From Pseudomonadota bacterium (lineage in GTDB: Bacteria > UBA10199 > 2-02-FULL-44-16 > JAAZCA01): 64,000 bases of DNA. The notes under the pieces are model-generated. The model worked only from the letters and a program-made list of their open reading frames with translations, did not search any database and had not been told where the DNA came from. A program made the position numbers and the translations under genes. Position 1 is the stretch's first letter; every line of letters starts with the position of its first letter. This document shows, in pieces, positions 26,621 to 37,572 of the stretch. The DNA lies in NCBI GenBank assembly GCA_043798915.1, contig JAZDOG010000020.1:1-64000 (forward strand), in the 5' to 3' direction.

Positions 26621-27621
26621 TGAAGAAGCCGTCAAGCGCCATCGTAGCTGTCACTTGCCGATGCAACGGTCGTTGTGTCATGTGCAATATATGGCGCAAC
26701 GCCAGGAAAAAAGAATTGAAGGCTGAAGATTTTGCGAGGTTGCCCGAGTCGCTTTCGATCATAAACATAACAGGAGGAGAGCCTTTCCTGAGGGAGGATC
26801 TTGTCGAGATCATCTCCGTGCTCAACGACAGGTGCGGAGGCCCAAGGTTTGTCATTTCGACCAACGGGTTGAGGCCGGACCTCATTGAGGCTCAGCTGAA
26901 AAAAATGCGATGGTCCGGGCTGCGTCTTGGTGTCAGGGTGTCGGTCGACGGCGTCGGTCAGACGCACGATGCCGTCAGAGGCGTCGAGGGCGCATTTGAC
27001 CGCGCGATGGAGACGGTCGACGTCCTGAAAAGACTCAAGGTGCGGGACGCAGGCATCGCTTTCACCATTTTGAAAGAGAATGCGCACCAGCTCAAGGCTG
27101 TCTATGATCTTTCGCGCAGGCTGGGCGTTCAATTTACGGTCTCAGCGGCGCAGAATTCCGAAATATATTTTGGCGTCAATGCGCTGCCCCCTGCCAGTGG
27201 AGGCAAGATAATTCAAGATCAAATGGAGGCTGTCATCAGGGACCAGCTTGCTCGATTCAACATCAAGGATTGGTTCCGGGCATACTATCTCTTTGGGCTT
27301 CACCGGCACATGGTTGGAAAAAGCCTTGCAGGGTGGTGCGGTGCGGCGCAGGATTTTTTCTTTATGGATCCCGAGGGCAATATCTATATCTGCCCCCTTC
27401 ACGACATGAAGCTCGGAAATATATGCGAGTCTGCATTTGGCGATATCTGGTCATCGCTATCGGCCGACAAAGCCAGGGCATTTGCGCAGACGTGTTCGCG
27501 CAAATGCTGGATGACATGCACTGTTACGCCCTATATAAGGAGGCGTTTTCTCAGGGTGCTTTGCTGGATCGCCGCTAATAAAATTGCGGTCCATTGCGGA
27601 AAAAACGTAATGAGACAATGA
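26620..27621 (+). CDS. radical SAM/SPASM-twitch protein (polysaccharide-locus type)
   Basis: CNGRCVMC, ITGGEPF, STNG; C-terminal WCGAA...IYICP...CSRKCWMTC. Confidence 0.88.
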   Translation: MKKPSSAIVAVTCRCNGRCVMCNIWRNARKKELKAEDFARLPESLSIINITGGEPFLREDLVEIISVLNDRCGGPRFVISTNGLRPDLIEAQLKKMRWSGLRLGVRVSVDGVGQTHDAVRGVEGAFDRAMETVDVLKRLKVRDAGIAFTILKENAHQLKAVYDLSRRLGVQFTVSAAQNSEIYFGVNALPPASGGKIIQDQMEAVIRDQLARFNIKDWFRAYYLFGLHRHMVGKSLAGWCGAAQDFFFMDPEGNIYICPLHDMKLGNICESAFGDIWSSLSADKARAFAQTCSRKCWMTCTVTPYIRRRFLRVLCWIAANKIAVHCGKNVMRQ

Positions 27622-28874
27622 AAATCCAGAAATTGAAAATAATCCAGGCAAATAATTATTTTTATTATCGCGGCGGCGCTGAGAGTTGTTATTTTGCCAT
27701 CATGCGCCTTCTCGCAAGCATGGGGCACGATGTCTTCCCGTTTTCAACCAAAAACAAATTCAACTGCGCTTCTCCGTACGAGAGCTGTTTTGCAGAGACG
27801 TTTGATCCGGACGCGCTGCGTTTGTTGCCGCTGCCTGATAAAATCGGCATGGCCCTGAGAACGATCTATTCCTTTGAGACGAAGAGGCGCATGTCTCGTT
27901 TTTTGGAGAGAACCAGCCCCGATCTAGCGCATTGCCACAACATATACGGTGCGCTTTCCCCCTCGGTGCTGTGCGCTTTTAAGGAACGAGGATTGCCCGT
28001 CGTCATGACGGTTCACGACGTGAAGCTGCTCTGCCCCAACCACAGGATGTATATTGAGCATGCGGCATGCGAGAGGTGTAAAATCAACAGATTCTACAAT
28101 TGTGCGTTCCATAAGTGCATGGGCCAGTCCATGGCCGCAAGCGTGCTGGGCTGCGTTGAATCGTATATCCACCGTTTTCTTAAGGTTTATCGCAGAAATG
28201 TGGACGTGTTCATAACGCCGAGCGTTTTTTTGAGGGCAAAGCTCATCGAATACGGATTCCCTGCTGACCAGATCATCAGTGTGCCTAATTTTATCAATGT
28301 TGGCGTGTATTCTCCTGATTACGAATATGGCGATTATGTGATCTTCTTTGGCAGGCTGGAGGAAACAAAGGGGCTTAATATATTGATGGACGCCGCTTCT
28401 GAGTTGAAGGGTGTTGTCAAGATTGTGGTGGCTGGCAGCGGACCTATGGAGGCAGATTTGCGACGGAGAATCGTCGAACGGGATGTCGACAATGTGCGGT
28501 TGTTGGGCAATGTGGAACACGGCAAGGGGTTGATTGATCTGATCAGGAATTCGATGTTCAGCGTCGTCCCTTCCATATGGCATGAAAACTTCCCGCAGTC
28601 GATTCTCGAATCCTATGCCTGTGGCAAGCCGGTAATAGGGGCAAATATCGGGGGCATCCCTGAGATGATCGATGATGGAGAAACCGGAATGCTCTTCCAG
28701 GCGTCTGATGCGGAAGATCTGGCTAAAAAAATCAGATTTATGATCGGGAATAGATCGTTGGTCGCACAGATGGGCAGGGCGGCAAGAAAAAAGGTGATGG
28801 ATGAGTATTTGCCGGAGATACATTACGAACGCATGTGCGCAGTGTATAGCAAGCTTTTGGGAAATCGACAATGA
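27618..28874 (+). CDS. glycosyltransferase family 4
   Basis: RGGAE, HCHNIY, FGRLEETKG, ENFPQSILESYACGKPV. Confidence 0.92.
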   Translation: MKIQKLKIIQANNYFYYRGGAESCYFAIMRLLASMGHDVFPFSTKNKFNCASPYESCFAETFDPDALRLLPLPDKIGMALRTIYSFETKRRMSRFLERTSPDLAHCHNIYGALSPSVLCAFKERGLPVVMTVHDVKLLCPNHRMYIEHAACERCKINRFYNCAFHKCMGQSMAASVLGCVESYIHRFLKVYRRNVDVFITPSVFLRAKLIEYGFPADQIISVPNFINVGVYSPDYEYGDYVIFFGRLEETKGLNILMDAASELKGVVKIVVAGSGPMEADLRRRIVERDVDNVRLLGNVEHGKGLIDLIRNSMFSVVPSIWHENFPQSILESYACGKPVIGANIGGIPEMIDDGETGMLFQASDAEDLAKKIRFMIGNRSLVAQMGRAARKKVMDEYLPEIHYERMCAVYSKLLGNRQ

Positions 28875-29959
28875 ATATTGCAATGATAGGCATCAGGTCT
28901 CTGGGTTTTACAGCAGGGATCGACAGCTATGTGACAGAGGTCGCGATGCGTTTGGCAAAAAAGGGCCATTGCATCACCGTTTTATGCCGGTCCGGATATG
29001 TGGTCACGAAGAATCATAATGACATCCATGTTGTCGCTGTCCGCACAATAAAAAACAAATATTTAGGCACACCCCTGTATGCCTTCTTTTCAACGATCTA
29101 TGTCCTGACGCACAGATTCGATGTCATAAGCTATCACGGCCTGGGCTCTGCCGGGTTTTCTTTTTTGCCAAGGCTCTTCGGCAGAAAGGTCACGGTTACA
29201 ATCCATGCCCTTGATTGGGAGGGGAAGAAATGGAGTTTTTTCAGCCGGAAGGTGTTGTGTCTGGCGGCGACGATGGCCATCAGGTTTTCAAATTGCACCA
29301 CCGTTGTTTCAAGGTATGTAAAAGAGTATTTTGAAAATCATCACAATCGCAATGTGACCTACATACCCAACGGGACATCCGATGCGATTCCCAGAGAACC
29401 GGAATTGATCAAGGAATATGGTCTGAAAGATGGGAACTATATTTTATTTCTGGGAAGACTGGCACCCGGGAAGGGATGTGAATATTTGATGGATGCTTTT
29501 GGGCGGCTGAAATTGGATCTCAAGCTTGTAATTGCAGGCGATGCCATCAACGAAAGAGAATATGTTGAGTCGCTGAGAAAAATGGGCGGCAAAAACATCA
29601 TCTTCACCGGCTGGGTTCAGGGGCCTATCAAGGAGGAGCTGCTGTCGAATGCGTATCTGTTTATCCAGCCGTCGGAGCTGGAAGGCATGTCGGGCGTACT
29701 TTTGGAGGCGATGAGCTACGGACGGTGTATCGTTGCAAGCGACATACCGCAAAATCTGGAAGTCATTGGCGAAACCGGTTTTTCATTCAGGAGCGGAGAC
29801 GCCGATGATTTGAAACGCATTATTGAGTTCCTTGTAGAAAATAAAGAAAAAGCAAGAAGCCATGGCAATCTTGGAAAGGAACGAGTTCTGAGGTGTTATC
29901 ACTGGGATAGAATAGCGGACGAGTGGCAGAAGACATACTGTGCTGTCCTGGGGAATTGA
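28871..29959 (+). CDS. glycosyltransferase family 4
   Basis: LFLGRLAPGKG, EGMSGVLLEAMSYG. Confidence 0.92.
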   Translation: MNIAMIGIRSLGFTAGIDSYVTEVAMRLAKKGHCITVLCRSGYVVTKNHNDIHVVAVRTIKNKYLGTPLYAFFSTIYVLTHRFDVISYHGLGSAGFSFLPRLFGRKVTVTIHALDWEGKKWSFFSRKVLCLAATMAIRFSNCTTVVSRYVKEYFENHHNRNVTYIPNGTSDAIPREPELIKEYGLKDGNYILFLGRLAPGKGCEYLMDAFGRLKLDLKLVIAGDAINEREYVESLRKMGGKNIIFTGWVQGPIKEELLSNAYLFIQPSELEGMSGVLLEAMSYGRCIVASDIPQNLEVIGETGFSFRSGDADDLKRIIEFLVENKEKARSHGNLGKERVLRCYHWDRIADEWQKTYCAVLGN

Positions 29960-29961
29960 GG

Positions 29962-30891
29962 ATGCCTGGAGTGGCCAATTTGCTGAATCCTGAATTGATA
30001 GATTTCCTGGCATGTCCCGATTGTCATGGCGACATTCTCAGCGCGGAAACTCATTTGATATGTTGTCATTGCAGGCGAAAATATAATATTGAAAAAGGAA
30101 TACCTGTTCTATACCCCATGACCATTGACATCGATCACTTGAAGGAGGAGGAGAAGCTTGCAAGTCTGATGCAACAACCTCCTTCAAGCAGAAAAGATCG
30201 TTTTCAGGCTTCACAATGGAATCTTTCGAAGCAGGAATTCTGGGAAGTGGTGAGAAAAAATATTGCCCCTCCGCCAAGGTCCATTGTCAACCTTGGGTGC
30301 GGTTACGATTCACATTTTGAGCACTTTGAACAAGAAGGCTATATGTTTGTCAATTTCGATATCGTCCGCACGATGCTTGATAAGTTGAACAAGGATTATG
30401 GAGCCAGATCGTGCGTTGCGGGTGATATCAACCGGGCGCCTTTCAAAAAAAATGTGTTTGATTATGTTGTCTCGATAGATCTGATCCACCACGAAATCAA
30501 AAACCTTTTCAAGCTGATCGAATCCTTCCGCGATCTGTTGAAGCCGGGCGGCTTGCTTTTTCTGGAAGACCCCAATGCCTGGGGACTGTTTCAAATGGCA
30601 AAATCGATAATGCTCCCACAGCCCCTCTATAAATTTCTGCGATCTTCCTTTCACGGCTTAAGACATTCCACGCATCGACCGGCCGATTACGAATTTCCCA
30701 CCAGCGTCTGGCGCGTAAAAAGCATTCTTCGTGATCATGGCTTTTCCAATATCACAGTTTATTCGCATAGCGCCTATCCATGTATTGGCGAAGTCGGTTA
30801 TCGTATTTTCAAGGAATTAGGCCGGGTTCAATGGGTTCGTAAATATCATAATTACCATTACATGCTGAGTGCAGAAAAAACGCCGGGATAG
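29962..30891 (+). CDS. Trm112-like plus class I SAM methyltransferase
   Basis: LACPDC...CCHC..YNIEKGIP; VNLGCG; LKPGG. Confidence 0.85.
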   Translation: MPGVANLLNPELIDFLACPDCHGDILSAETHLICCHCRRKYNIEKGIPVLYPMTIDIDHLKEEEKLASLMQQPPSSRKDRFQASQWNLSKQEFWEVVRKNIAPPPRSIVNLGCGYDSHFEHFEQEGYMFVNFDIVRTMLDKLNKDYGARSCVAGDINRAPFKKNVFDYVVSIDLIHHEIKNLFKLIESFRDLLKPGGLLFLEDPNAWGLFQMAKSIMLPQPLYKFLRSSFHGLRHSTHRPADYEFPTSVWRVKSILRDHGFSNITVYSHSAYPCIGEVGYRIFKELGRVQWVRKYHNYHYMLSAEKTPG

Positions 30892-31008
30892 AATTGCCGA
30901 ATATTGATGAAGACTCTACCAGACATCGCTGGACTTTCCTCCTGGTATTTTTTATAAAAGGGGCCGCCGGGTTTTGCGACAATTTAAAGCCCAGAAGAGT
31001 AAAACAGC

Positions 31009-31620
31009 ATGAAGTTATTGAGCTATCTCAGGAAAATGCCCATAGACTTGGGTCAGAAGGAGTTCCGCCTTTGCACGAAGGGCTCTTTGATCGCCATGGA
31101 ACTCTCCGGCGAGGGAAACAATGGAAAAGCGCTCGATGCTGGTTGTGGAGACGGGTTTTGGAGTGAAAAACTGAAAAAAGCGGGATGGCAGGTGACATCC
31201 ATCGATCTGAAAAGCGACTATTCCGGGTGCATTGATCATGATCTCAACCTGGATATGCCGATTCCCGACAACAGCTTTGACCTCGTTGTTTCAACCTCGG
31301 TGATCGGATATTTATCACGGCCGGAGCATTTCATAAAAGAAATCAGAAGGGTGCTCAAACCAGAAGGCATATTTATAATCACAACCCCCAATTGCAATTT
31401 TTGGCTCAATTATATTCTTGGGATTTTTGGCTATTCCCTCAAAGGCTTTCTGGATTCCACCCAGAAGAACTTTTTTTATTTCGAAGAAATAGAAAGGCTG
31501 TTTCCAAATGAAAAGATATTAGGCTATTTTCCATACTTCCTGGCCAAGGCCAGAATATCAAAATTTGTCGGCCTGCTCTCTCCGACATTTATTGTGGTTG
31601 GTAAAAAAGGTTCATGCTGA
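31009..31620 (+). CDS. class I SAM methyltransferase
   Basis: LDAGCGDG, DNSFDLV, RVLKPEG. Confidence 0.88.
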   Translation: MKLLSYLRKMPIDLGQKEFRLCTKGSLIAMELSGEGNNGKALDAGCGDGFWSEKLKKAGWQVTSIDLKSDYSGCIDHDLNLDMPIPDNSFDLVVSTSVIGYLSRPEHFIKEIRRVLKPEGIFIITTPNCNFWLNYILGIFGYSLKGFLDSTQKNFFYFEEIERLFPNEKILGYFPYFLAKARISKFVGLLSPTFIVVGKKGSC

Positions 31621-31635
31621 GGCGATGCTGAAAAT

Positions 31636-32439
31636 ATGGTCAAAACCATCAAAGCTTTTTTTAAAATAAAGGAAGCCGCAAAGGAGATAGCCTTGAGGTC
31701 GGAGTTATTTTATTACATTTATTTAAAATATAAGGGGGCGCACAAGCAATCGATATGCCCCGGGTTTATTCCGCCGAACGCGGTTTTAACAACCGAACAA
31801 GAATATAAAGATGCATTGAATAAAATTAAATCCTCAGGCCTTATTCCACATATCGATCTGCCCAAAAATTGGGACAGTTTAGGAGCATTGTATCAGGTAT
31901 TAAAACAAACCGGCAAAAGCGCATCGATTCTCGATGCGGGCGGACAATTATATTCAGTTATTTTGCCGTGGCTATTTCTGTATGGGTATAAAGATCTGAC
32001 ATCCCTCGATTTGGCATTTTTAGGAAAAATCACACGCGGACCAATCAATTATAAATATGGAGATATAACCTGCACAGATTTTAAGAATGCCAGCTTTGAT
32101 GCGGTCACTTGTTTGAGCGTAATTGAACACGGAGTAAACGTAGAAGAATATTTCAGAGAAATGTCGCGCATCATCAAGCCCGGTGGAATACTGATCACGT
32201 CGGTCGATTATTGGGAATCCCCGGTTGACACTAAAGGCCAGGTTGCATTTGGCGTTCCGATACATATTTATACGCCCGATGAAATCCTGGAGGCAATCAA
32301 TGTTGCAAAAAAATACAACTTCGAATTGGTGGGGGATGTTGAATTAAAATGCAAAGACAGGGTTGTTGAGTGGAATGGGCTAAAATTTACGTTCATCTAT
32401 TTTACCCTGCGACGGAAAACAAACAAGGACGCCAGCTGA
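31636..32439 (+). CDS. class I SAM methyltransferase
   Basis: ILDAGG, SFDAVTCLSVIEHG, IKPGG. Confidence 0.85.
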   Translation: MVKTIKAFFKIKEAAKEIALRSELFYYIYLKYKGAHKQSICPGFIPPNAVLTTEQEYKDALNKIKSSGLIPHIDLPKNWDSLGALYQVLKQTGKSASILDAGGQLYSVILPWLFLYGYKDLTSLDLAFLGKITRGPINYKYGDITCTDFKNASFDAVTCLSVIEHGVNVEEYFREMSRIIKPGGILITSVDYWESPVDTKGQVAFGVPIHIYTPDEILEAINVAKKYNFELVGDVELKCKDRVVEWNGLKFTFIYFTLRRKTNKDAS

Positions 32440-32440
32440 C

Positions 32441-33640
32441 ATGAAAATAGGCATATTTGTAGATATATTGACGAACAAGAAAACGGGTGTCGAATACTAT
32501 ACGCAGAACCTGCTGCAGCATCTGCTGGAAATGGACATAAAAAACCAATATTGCCTTATACGGCACGACGGAGTCGGGGTCGATTTTGAATCTGAAAAAA
32601 AATATACGGAAATAGTCTGTAAAAAGAGGAATCAGTCGATATTGTTCCTGCGCAGGTTTATCAATGTGTTGCCGCGACAAATAACCCTGACCGTAATCAG
32701 GCAGATATTGAAATTCGTGCCGTCAATTTATTATTCCACCAACAAGAAGTTGAGGTCATTTGATATTTTGTTTTCGCCTAATTTTGGCTTGGAGCTGGAG
32801 ACCAATCCCCGCGCATATCAGATCGTCATCGTATATGACATAACTCCCATCCGCGTGCCTCAATGCCATAACAAAGAGGTGGGCATATTTTTCAATGCTG
32901 TCTTAGGCGATATTCTGAAGAAGGCGGACAAGATAATTGCCATAAGCGAATTTACAAAGCGCGATCTGATAACGCATTATGGCATTGTTGAGGAAAAAAT
33001 CAGCGTGATCTATCCTGGTTTAAACCGGCACATGACGCGGACGCCCAAAAGTTGCGATATTGTCAAAAAGTATAATCTTCCTGAAGATTTTATTCTCAGT
33101 TTTGGAACGCTTGAACCGAGAAAAAATGCCATTGCCGTCGTGAAATCATTCGCTCTGTTAAAGAAAGATGGGCGCAGGGAAATGCTTGTCATAGCTGGCA
33201 GAAAAGGATGGGGTTACGAGGACGTCTTTGTAACACTCAAACAGTTGGGGTTGGAGAAAAGTGTCTTGTTTACGGGGTATGTCGATGAGGAGGACGTTCC
33301 GGGACTTTATGGCGCGGCGAGATTGCTCGTGTACCCGGCCCTTTACGAAGGGTTCGGGCTCCCTGTAATAGAGGCGATGTCATGCGGGTGCCCGGTGATC
33401 ACATCCAGCACATCCTCGCTTCCTGAGGCGGGAGGGGATGCGGCGCTATACATCGATCCGACTGATGAAAAACAAATTTATGAAGCCATGAAAAAAGTGA
33501 TCGGTTCAGAAGAATTGAGGGGAGATATGATCATGAAGGGGCTCATTCAGGCATCCAAATTCAACTGGGATGAATCGGCCAGGAAGGTCATCAAAATCTT
33601 TGAAGAAGCAGAAAGGGCCATGCATAATGAACGAATCTGA
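32441..33640 (+). CDS. glycosyltransferase family 4 (mannosyltransferase-like)
   Basis: [23 protein letters not shown]. Confidence 0.92.
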   Translation: MKIGIFVDILTNKKTGVEYYTQNLLQHLLEMDIKNQYCLIRHDGVGVDFESEKKYTEIVCKKRNQSILFLRRFINVLPRQITLTVIRQILKFVPSIYYSTNKKLRSFDILFSPNFGLELETNPRAYQIVIVYDITPIRVPQCHNKEVGIFFNAVLGDILKKADKIIAISEFTKRDLITHYGIVEEKISVIYPGLNRHMTRTPKSCDIVKKYNLPEDFILSFGTLEPRKNAIAVVKSFALLKKDGRREMLVIAGRKGWGYEDVFVTLKQLGLEKSVLFTGYVDEEDVPGLYGAARLLVYPALYEGFGLPVIEAMSCGCPVITSSTSSLPEAGGDAALYIDPTDEKQIYEAMKKVIGSEELRGDMIMKGLIQASKFNWDESARKVIKIFEEAERAMHNERI

Positions 33641-35150
33641 TACAGGTGGAAGTGCGTTTCTTGTCACGTTTATAAATGTCCCCGGACATAAGACGGTGAC
33701 GACGACAAATCTGCCGCCCATCGGTATTCTGTCTATGTCCGCATGCTTGAAAAAAGAGGGGAACCGGGCAGATTTTATAGATGCGGATGCATGCAGGTAT
33801 GGCATCGATCAACTGATAAGTCTCCTGAGGAAAAGGGCCCCCGATCTGATCGGCATCACCATGAACGTCGGACATGTATATGCTGCAGCAAAATACATCC
33901 GGGCGATCAAGGGAGAATTTCCAGGAATTCCGATTGTCATAGGGGGCCCGTATGTGAGCGTAACACAGAAACAGATCCTCAATGAGTTTCCGGAAGCCGA
34001 TTATGCCGTCGCGTATGAGGGCGAGCATGCGATAGTCGAACTCGTCGCCGTTCTAAAGGGCACAAGAAAGATCGAAACGGTCCGAAATCTTGTCTATCGT
34101 AAAGGCTGCGATATTAAAATTAACGAAAATGAGAGAATTGTGGACATCGATGCATTGCCGTTGCCGGACTATGGACTTATAAAACATTTGCTTGGAAAGT
34201 ATAGGGGAGTCTACCCCACGATTGCGAGGCCATCTATAGGCGTGATGTGCAGCAGGGGGTGTCCGTTTCATTGCGGGTTCTGTTCGAGCCCGAGCCTTTG
34301 GGGGAGCAAGGTAATATTCCGAAACATAGATGCGGTCATCGATGAAATAAAAATGCTGAGGGACACGCTGGCCGTCAAAGAGGTCTTCTTTCACGATGAC
34401 ACCTTGAATGTGAGGCCCGGCTGGTTTATTGAATTGTGCGACGCGATAATCAAGAGCGGCCTCAATGAGCAGATATATTTCAAATGCGCCCTGAGGGTCA
34501 ACAAAGCCATGTTGAGCGAAGAGCTCCTGATAAAGGCAAAACAGGCAAATTTCTGGATGATTTTCTATGGCGTCGAGAACGGAAACCAGGAGATGTTGAA
34601 TCGCATGAACAAGGGAACGACGATCGAAGAGATAGAGCGTGCGTTCAAGCTGACGAGGGGTTGTGGCATTTGTACCTATGCGTTATTGATCGTTGGCTAC
34701 CCTGGGGAGACCAAGGGGACATTTGCCGACTCATTGGCGCTGCTGGAGAAAATAATGCCGGATTTTTCAGGGTTTGCGGCTGCCATACCCATTCCGGGCA
34801 CTGAAATGCACAGGATTGCTCTTGAGCAAGGATTAATATCTGTGACCGATTTCAAAAACTATCAATATGGCGACATAATAATGGGGACCAGCGAACTTGA
34901 AACGAGGGACATTGCAGCTTCTGTGAACAAGGGCTATGACGAAATCAGCAGACTGGCATCGTCCACAAAATTCAAAAAAATGACGGAGGCTTTTGGCCAG
35001 GAGAGATTTCACAGGATGGTCGATGGGCCATTTTACTGTGAGAGACGCCAATTTAAATTGCGCATCAAACAGATGAGAAGGTGTCTGAGGGCTGCGCCGT
35101 TTCTGTTGGCCATAAAAAGGAAGATAGGAAAACGCCATGAACTGTATTAG
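33627..35150 (+). CDS. cobalamin-binding radical SAM protein
   Basis: PPIGIL, IVIGGPY, EGE; SRGCPFHCGFC; GVENGN; GYPGET. Confidence 0.9.
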   Translation: MNESDTGGSAFLVTFINVPGHKTVTTTNLPPIGILSMSACLKKEGNRADFIDADACRYGIDQLISLLRKRAPDLIGITMNVGHVYAAAKYIRAIKGEFPGIPIVIGGPYVSVTQKQILNEFPEADYAVAYEGEHAIVELVAVLKGTRKIETVRNLVYRKGCDIKINENERIVDIDALPLPDYGLIKHLLGKYRGVYPTIARPSIGVMCSRGCPFHCGFCSSPSLWGSKVIFRNIDAVIDEIKMLRDTLAVKEVFFHDDTLNVRPGWFIELCDAIIKSGLNEQIYFKCALRVNKAMLSEELLIKAKQANFWMIFYGVENGNQEMLNRMNKGTTIEEIERAFKLTRGCGICTYALLIVGYPGETKGTFADSLALLEKIMPDFSGFAAAIPIPGTEMHRIALEQGLISVTDFKNYQYGDIIMGTSELETRDIAASVNKGYDEISRLASSTKFKKMTEAFGQERFHRMVDGPFYCERRQFKLRIKQMRRCLRAAPFLLAIKRKIGKRHELY

Positions 35151-36078
35151 ATTCAATCTGATTGCGATGTGTTCGGTGGCATCGATTGCTCTGCTTTTGG
35201 TGTGGAGGTACGACTGGTCCACGATATTCGACAATTACAACAAGTGCAAAGATGCCGAGTTGAATGAAGTGGATGGCTATCCAGGCAGAGTCAGATGGTT
35301 TTGGTCGTATGTGCGCCTATTGTGGTGGAGAAGATCGCTGCGCGATCCAGCTCGGATAGAAGAAAATGCTTATAGAAAAAAAGTCGTGCCGGGTTTCCCC
35401 GGGATATTCTATTCGACGGCGAATGATCTTGCCTGCCTGTTCGAAGAGATTTTTTTGTTGAAATATTATTACTTTGAGGCGTCGTCCTCCGAGCCATTTA
35501 TAGTGGATTGCGGCGGCAATATCGGCGTGAGCGTCATATTTTTCAAGATGCTTTATCCAAATGCAAAGATACTGGCATTTGAACCGAGCCGCAGAAATTT
35601 CGAGGCATTGAAAAAGAATATAGTCAGCAATAATTTAAAGGATGTGGAGATTGTCAATAAAGCACTGTCGGACAGGGAAGGTCCTTCATGGCTTCATGGC
35701 GCAGGGCTTGCTCTGGGTTCGATGATAATAGAGAGAGACGGGCAGAAGGAGGGACAGAAAGAGGAAATACATACGGTTCGCCTGTCGGATTATGTGGATC
35801 GAGAAATAGATCTTTTGAAGCTCGACATCGAGGGAATGGAAGCGGTTGTAATTCAGGATCTGGCCGATAATGACAAGCTGAAATTTATCAAGGAAATGGT
35901 GATAGAGGTTCATTATGAGGAAAATGAGCTGGAGGGCAATTTTTCCAAACTCATAAATCTATTTGAGGGAAATGGTTTTGTCTATCAGGTCAGGGGACAA
36001 AAGCTAATTCCGGTTTATAAAGAAAAATTGAGTTATATCATTCTCGTTCAGGCGTATAACAGGAGATTCAGAAATTGA
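35137..36078 (+). CDS. FkbM-family methyltransferase
   Basis: IVDCGGNIG, AFEP, LLKLDIEGME. Confidence 0.9.
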   Translation: MNCIRFNLIAMCSVASIALLLVWRYDWSTIFDNYNKCKDAELNEVDGYPGRVRWFWSYVRLLWWRRSLRDPARIEENAYRKKVVPGFPGIFYSTANDLACLFEEIFLLKYYYFEASSSEPFIVDCGGNIGVSVIFFKMLYPNAKILAFEPSRRNFEALKKNIVSNNLKDVEIVNKALSDREGPSWLHGAGLALGSMIIERDGQKEGQKEEIHTVRLSDYVDREIDLLKLDIEGMEAVVIQDLADNDKLKFIKEMVIEVHYEENELEGNFSKLINLFEGNGFVYQVRGQKLIPVYKEKLSYIILVQAYNRRFRN

Positions 36079-36093
36079 AGGCGGCGGAGGGAA

Positions 36094-37557
36094 TCAATTT
36101 CCCAGGGTAGTGTAATTGCCGAACCGAAGCTTTTTTGGAAGCTGCATATCCTTCAGGGATTCTATGCCTTTGAATATTCCTGCGGACTTGAGCAGAACGA
36201 GGTAGGCCGCTGCCGTGGCCATGAATATAAAAATTCTCAAGATAATGCCGAATTGGCTGATGCAAAATAAATTGAGCGAAAGGATGCCGCCCGAAAATAT
36301 TATCTTTAGCAGCGGGACCATCTGCACCGGCATTCCGTGCCGGCTGATATCGTAGCTCACCCATAAGAAGCTGATATACTGAAGGAGGATTGCCGATAAA
36401 ACGGCGCCCGGCAGCCCGATCAATTTTACCAGACAAATCAGAATGAAAAGATAAAAAAGCGCCATAGATCCAGTGATCATTGATGATCTCTTAAATCTTT
36501 CCAGGTACACCAATGTGTAGCTGACGATGTGGTTCAGAATTCTTCCGGGAACTACAAAGGCGAACATGGCAAGCAGGGCGCCGCTGTCCGCATATTTCTG
36601 GCCAAGGAGCACAGCGATAAACTCCCTTGCAAAGGATGCCAGAAAAAACACCACGGGAAGCAAAACGATGAGCGAGAGTCGCAATATATCATTCAGAAAA
36701 ACCCTGCCTCGTTCCCTCGTCATCGAATTGAGCGTTGGTATAACGAAAGGTCCGATCGGAAAAAACCCGTAAAAGATCAAGACAATAGCCAGGCATGCCC
36801 GATATGATGCGAGCAGCGATGTGGTAAGAATTCCGCTGATAATTATTACATCCAGATACTCCGTTGCCGCAAAAGCGATGTTCCCCGGCGCCGTTTCCAG
36901 CGCGCCGCGTATGATCCATCCTTTGTCGATTTCAGATTTTCCGGACAGCTTTCTGAGCGTGATGCCCAATGCCATTATCAGCGCAACGGAGACACCCAGT
37001 ATCTGTGCAAATATTATTCCGCTCACCCTCAGGCCGGACCATAAAAAAAATAAGAGCGAGATCAATATGATCACTTCCCGCGGGAGGCACACCTTGAGAG
37101 CAAAGGCCTTGAATTGGTTGAGGCCCGTGAAGGTCCACTCGTAAAATGAAATCAGTGAATACAGGATGTAGAGGATTGCTGACAGGCGGATGAGGTCTAC
37201 GGCATATGGAATGTCATATATTGTGGCAATTGACGGTGCGGAAAGGAAAAGGACAAGCGCAAAAAACATGGTTATGAGACCATAGAGTTTTAAATTGAAG
37301 CGATAATAGGAAGCTGCTTTTGGGTTATCGCTTTCATGATATTGGGATATGCTCTTGATCGTCATGAGGGGCATGCCGATATTGGACACAGAGTTGAATA
37401 AACCCACAATTGCAAAGATCAGGGCCCAGAGGCCATAGTCAGTCTTGGACAGGACGCGGATGATAATCACGCTGCATACGAACGCGATGATCCTCAAAAG
37501 TATGCTGTTGAACGCGCTATAAAATATATTTTTTATAAATGTTGTGACGGGATTCAT
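36094..37557 (-). CDS. wzx: polysaccharide flippase
   Basis: About 12-14 TM helices; RVLSKTDYGLW, VLLGQKY MATE-like pattern; located in a polysaccharide locus. Confidence 0.8.
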   Translation of the reverse strand: MNPVTTFIKNIFYSAFNSILLRIIAFVCSVIIIRVLSKTDYGLWALIFAIVGLFNSVSNIGMPLMTIKSISQYHESDNPKAASYYRFNLKLYGLITMFFALVLFLSAPSIATIYDIPYAVDLIRLSAILYILYSLISFYEWTFTGLNQFKAFALKVCLPREVIILISLLFFLWSGLRVSGIIFAQILGVSVALIMALGITLRKLSGKSEIDKGWIIRGALETAPGNIAFAATEYLDVIIISGILTTSLLASYRACLAIVLIFYGFFPIGPFVIPTLNSMTRERGRVFLNDILRLSLIVLLPVVFFLASFAREFIAVLLGQKYADSGALLAMFAFVVPGRILNHIVSYTLVYLERFKRSSMITGSMALFYLFILICLVKLIGLPGAVLSAILLQYISFLWVSYDISRHGMPVQMVPLLKIIFSGGILSLNLFCISQFGIILRIFIFMATAAAYLVLLKSAGIFKGIESLKDMQLPKKLRFGNYTTLGN

Positions 37558-37572
37558 TTGTTTATGGACACC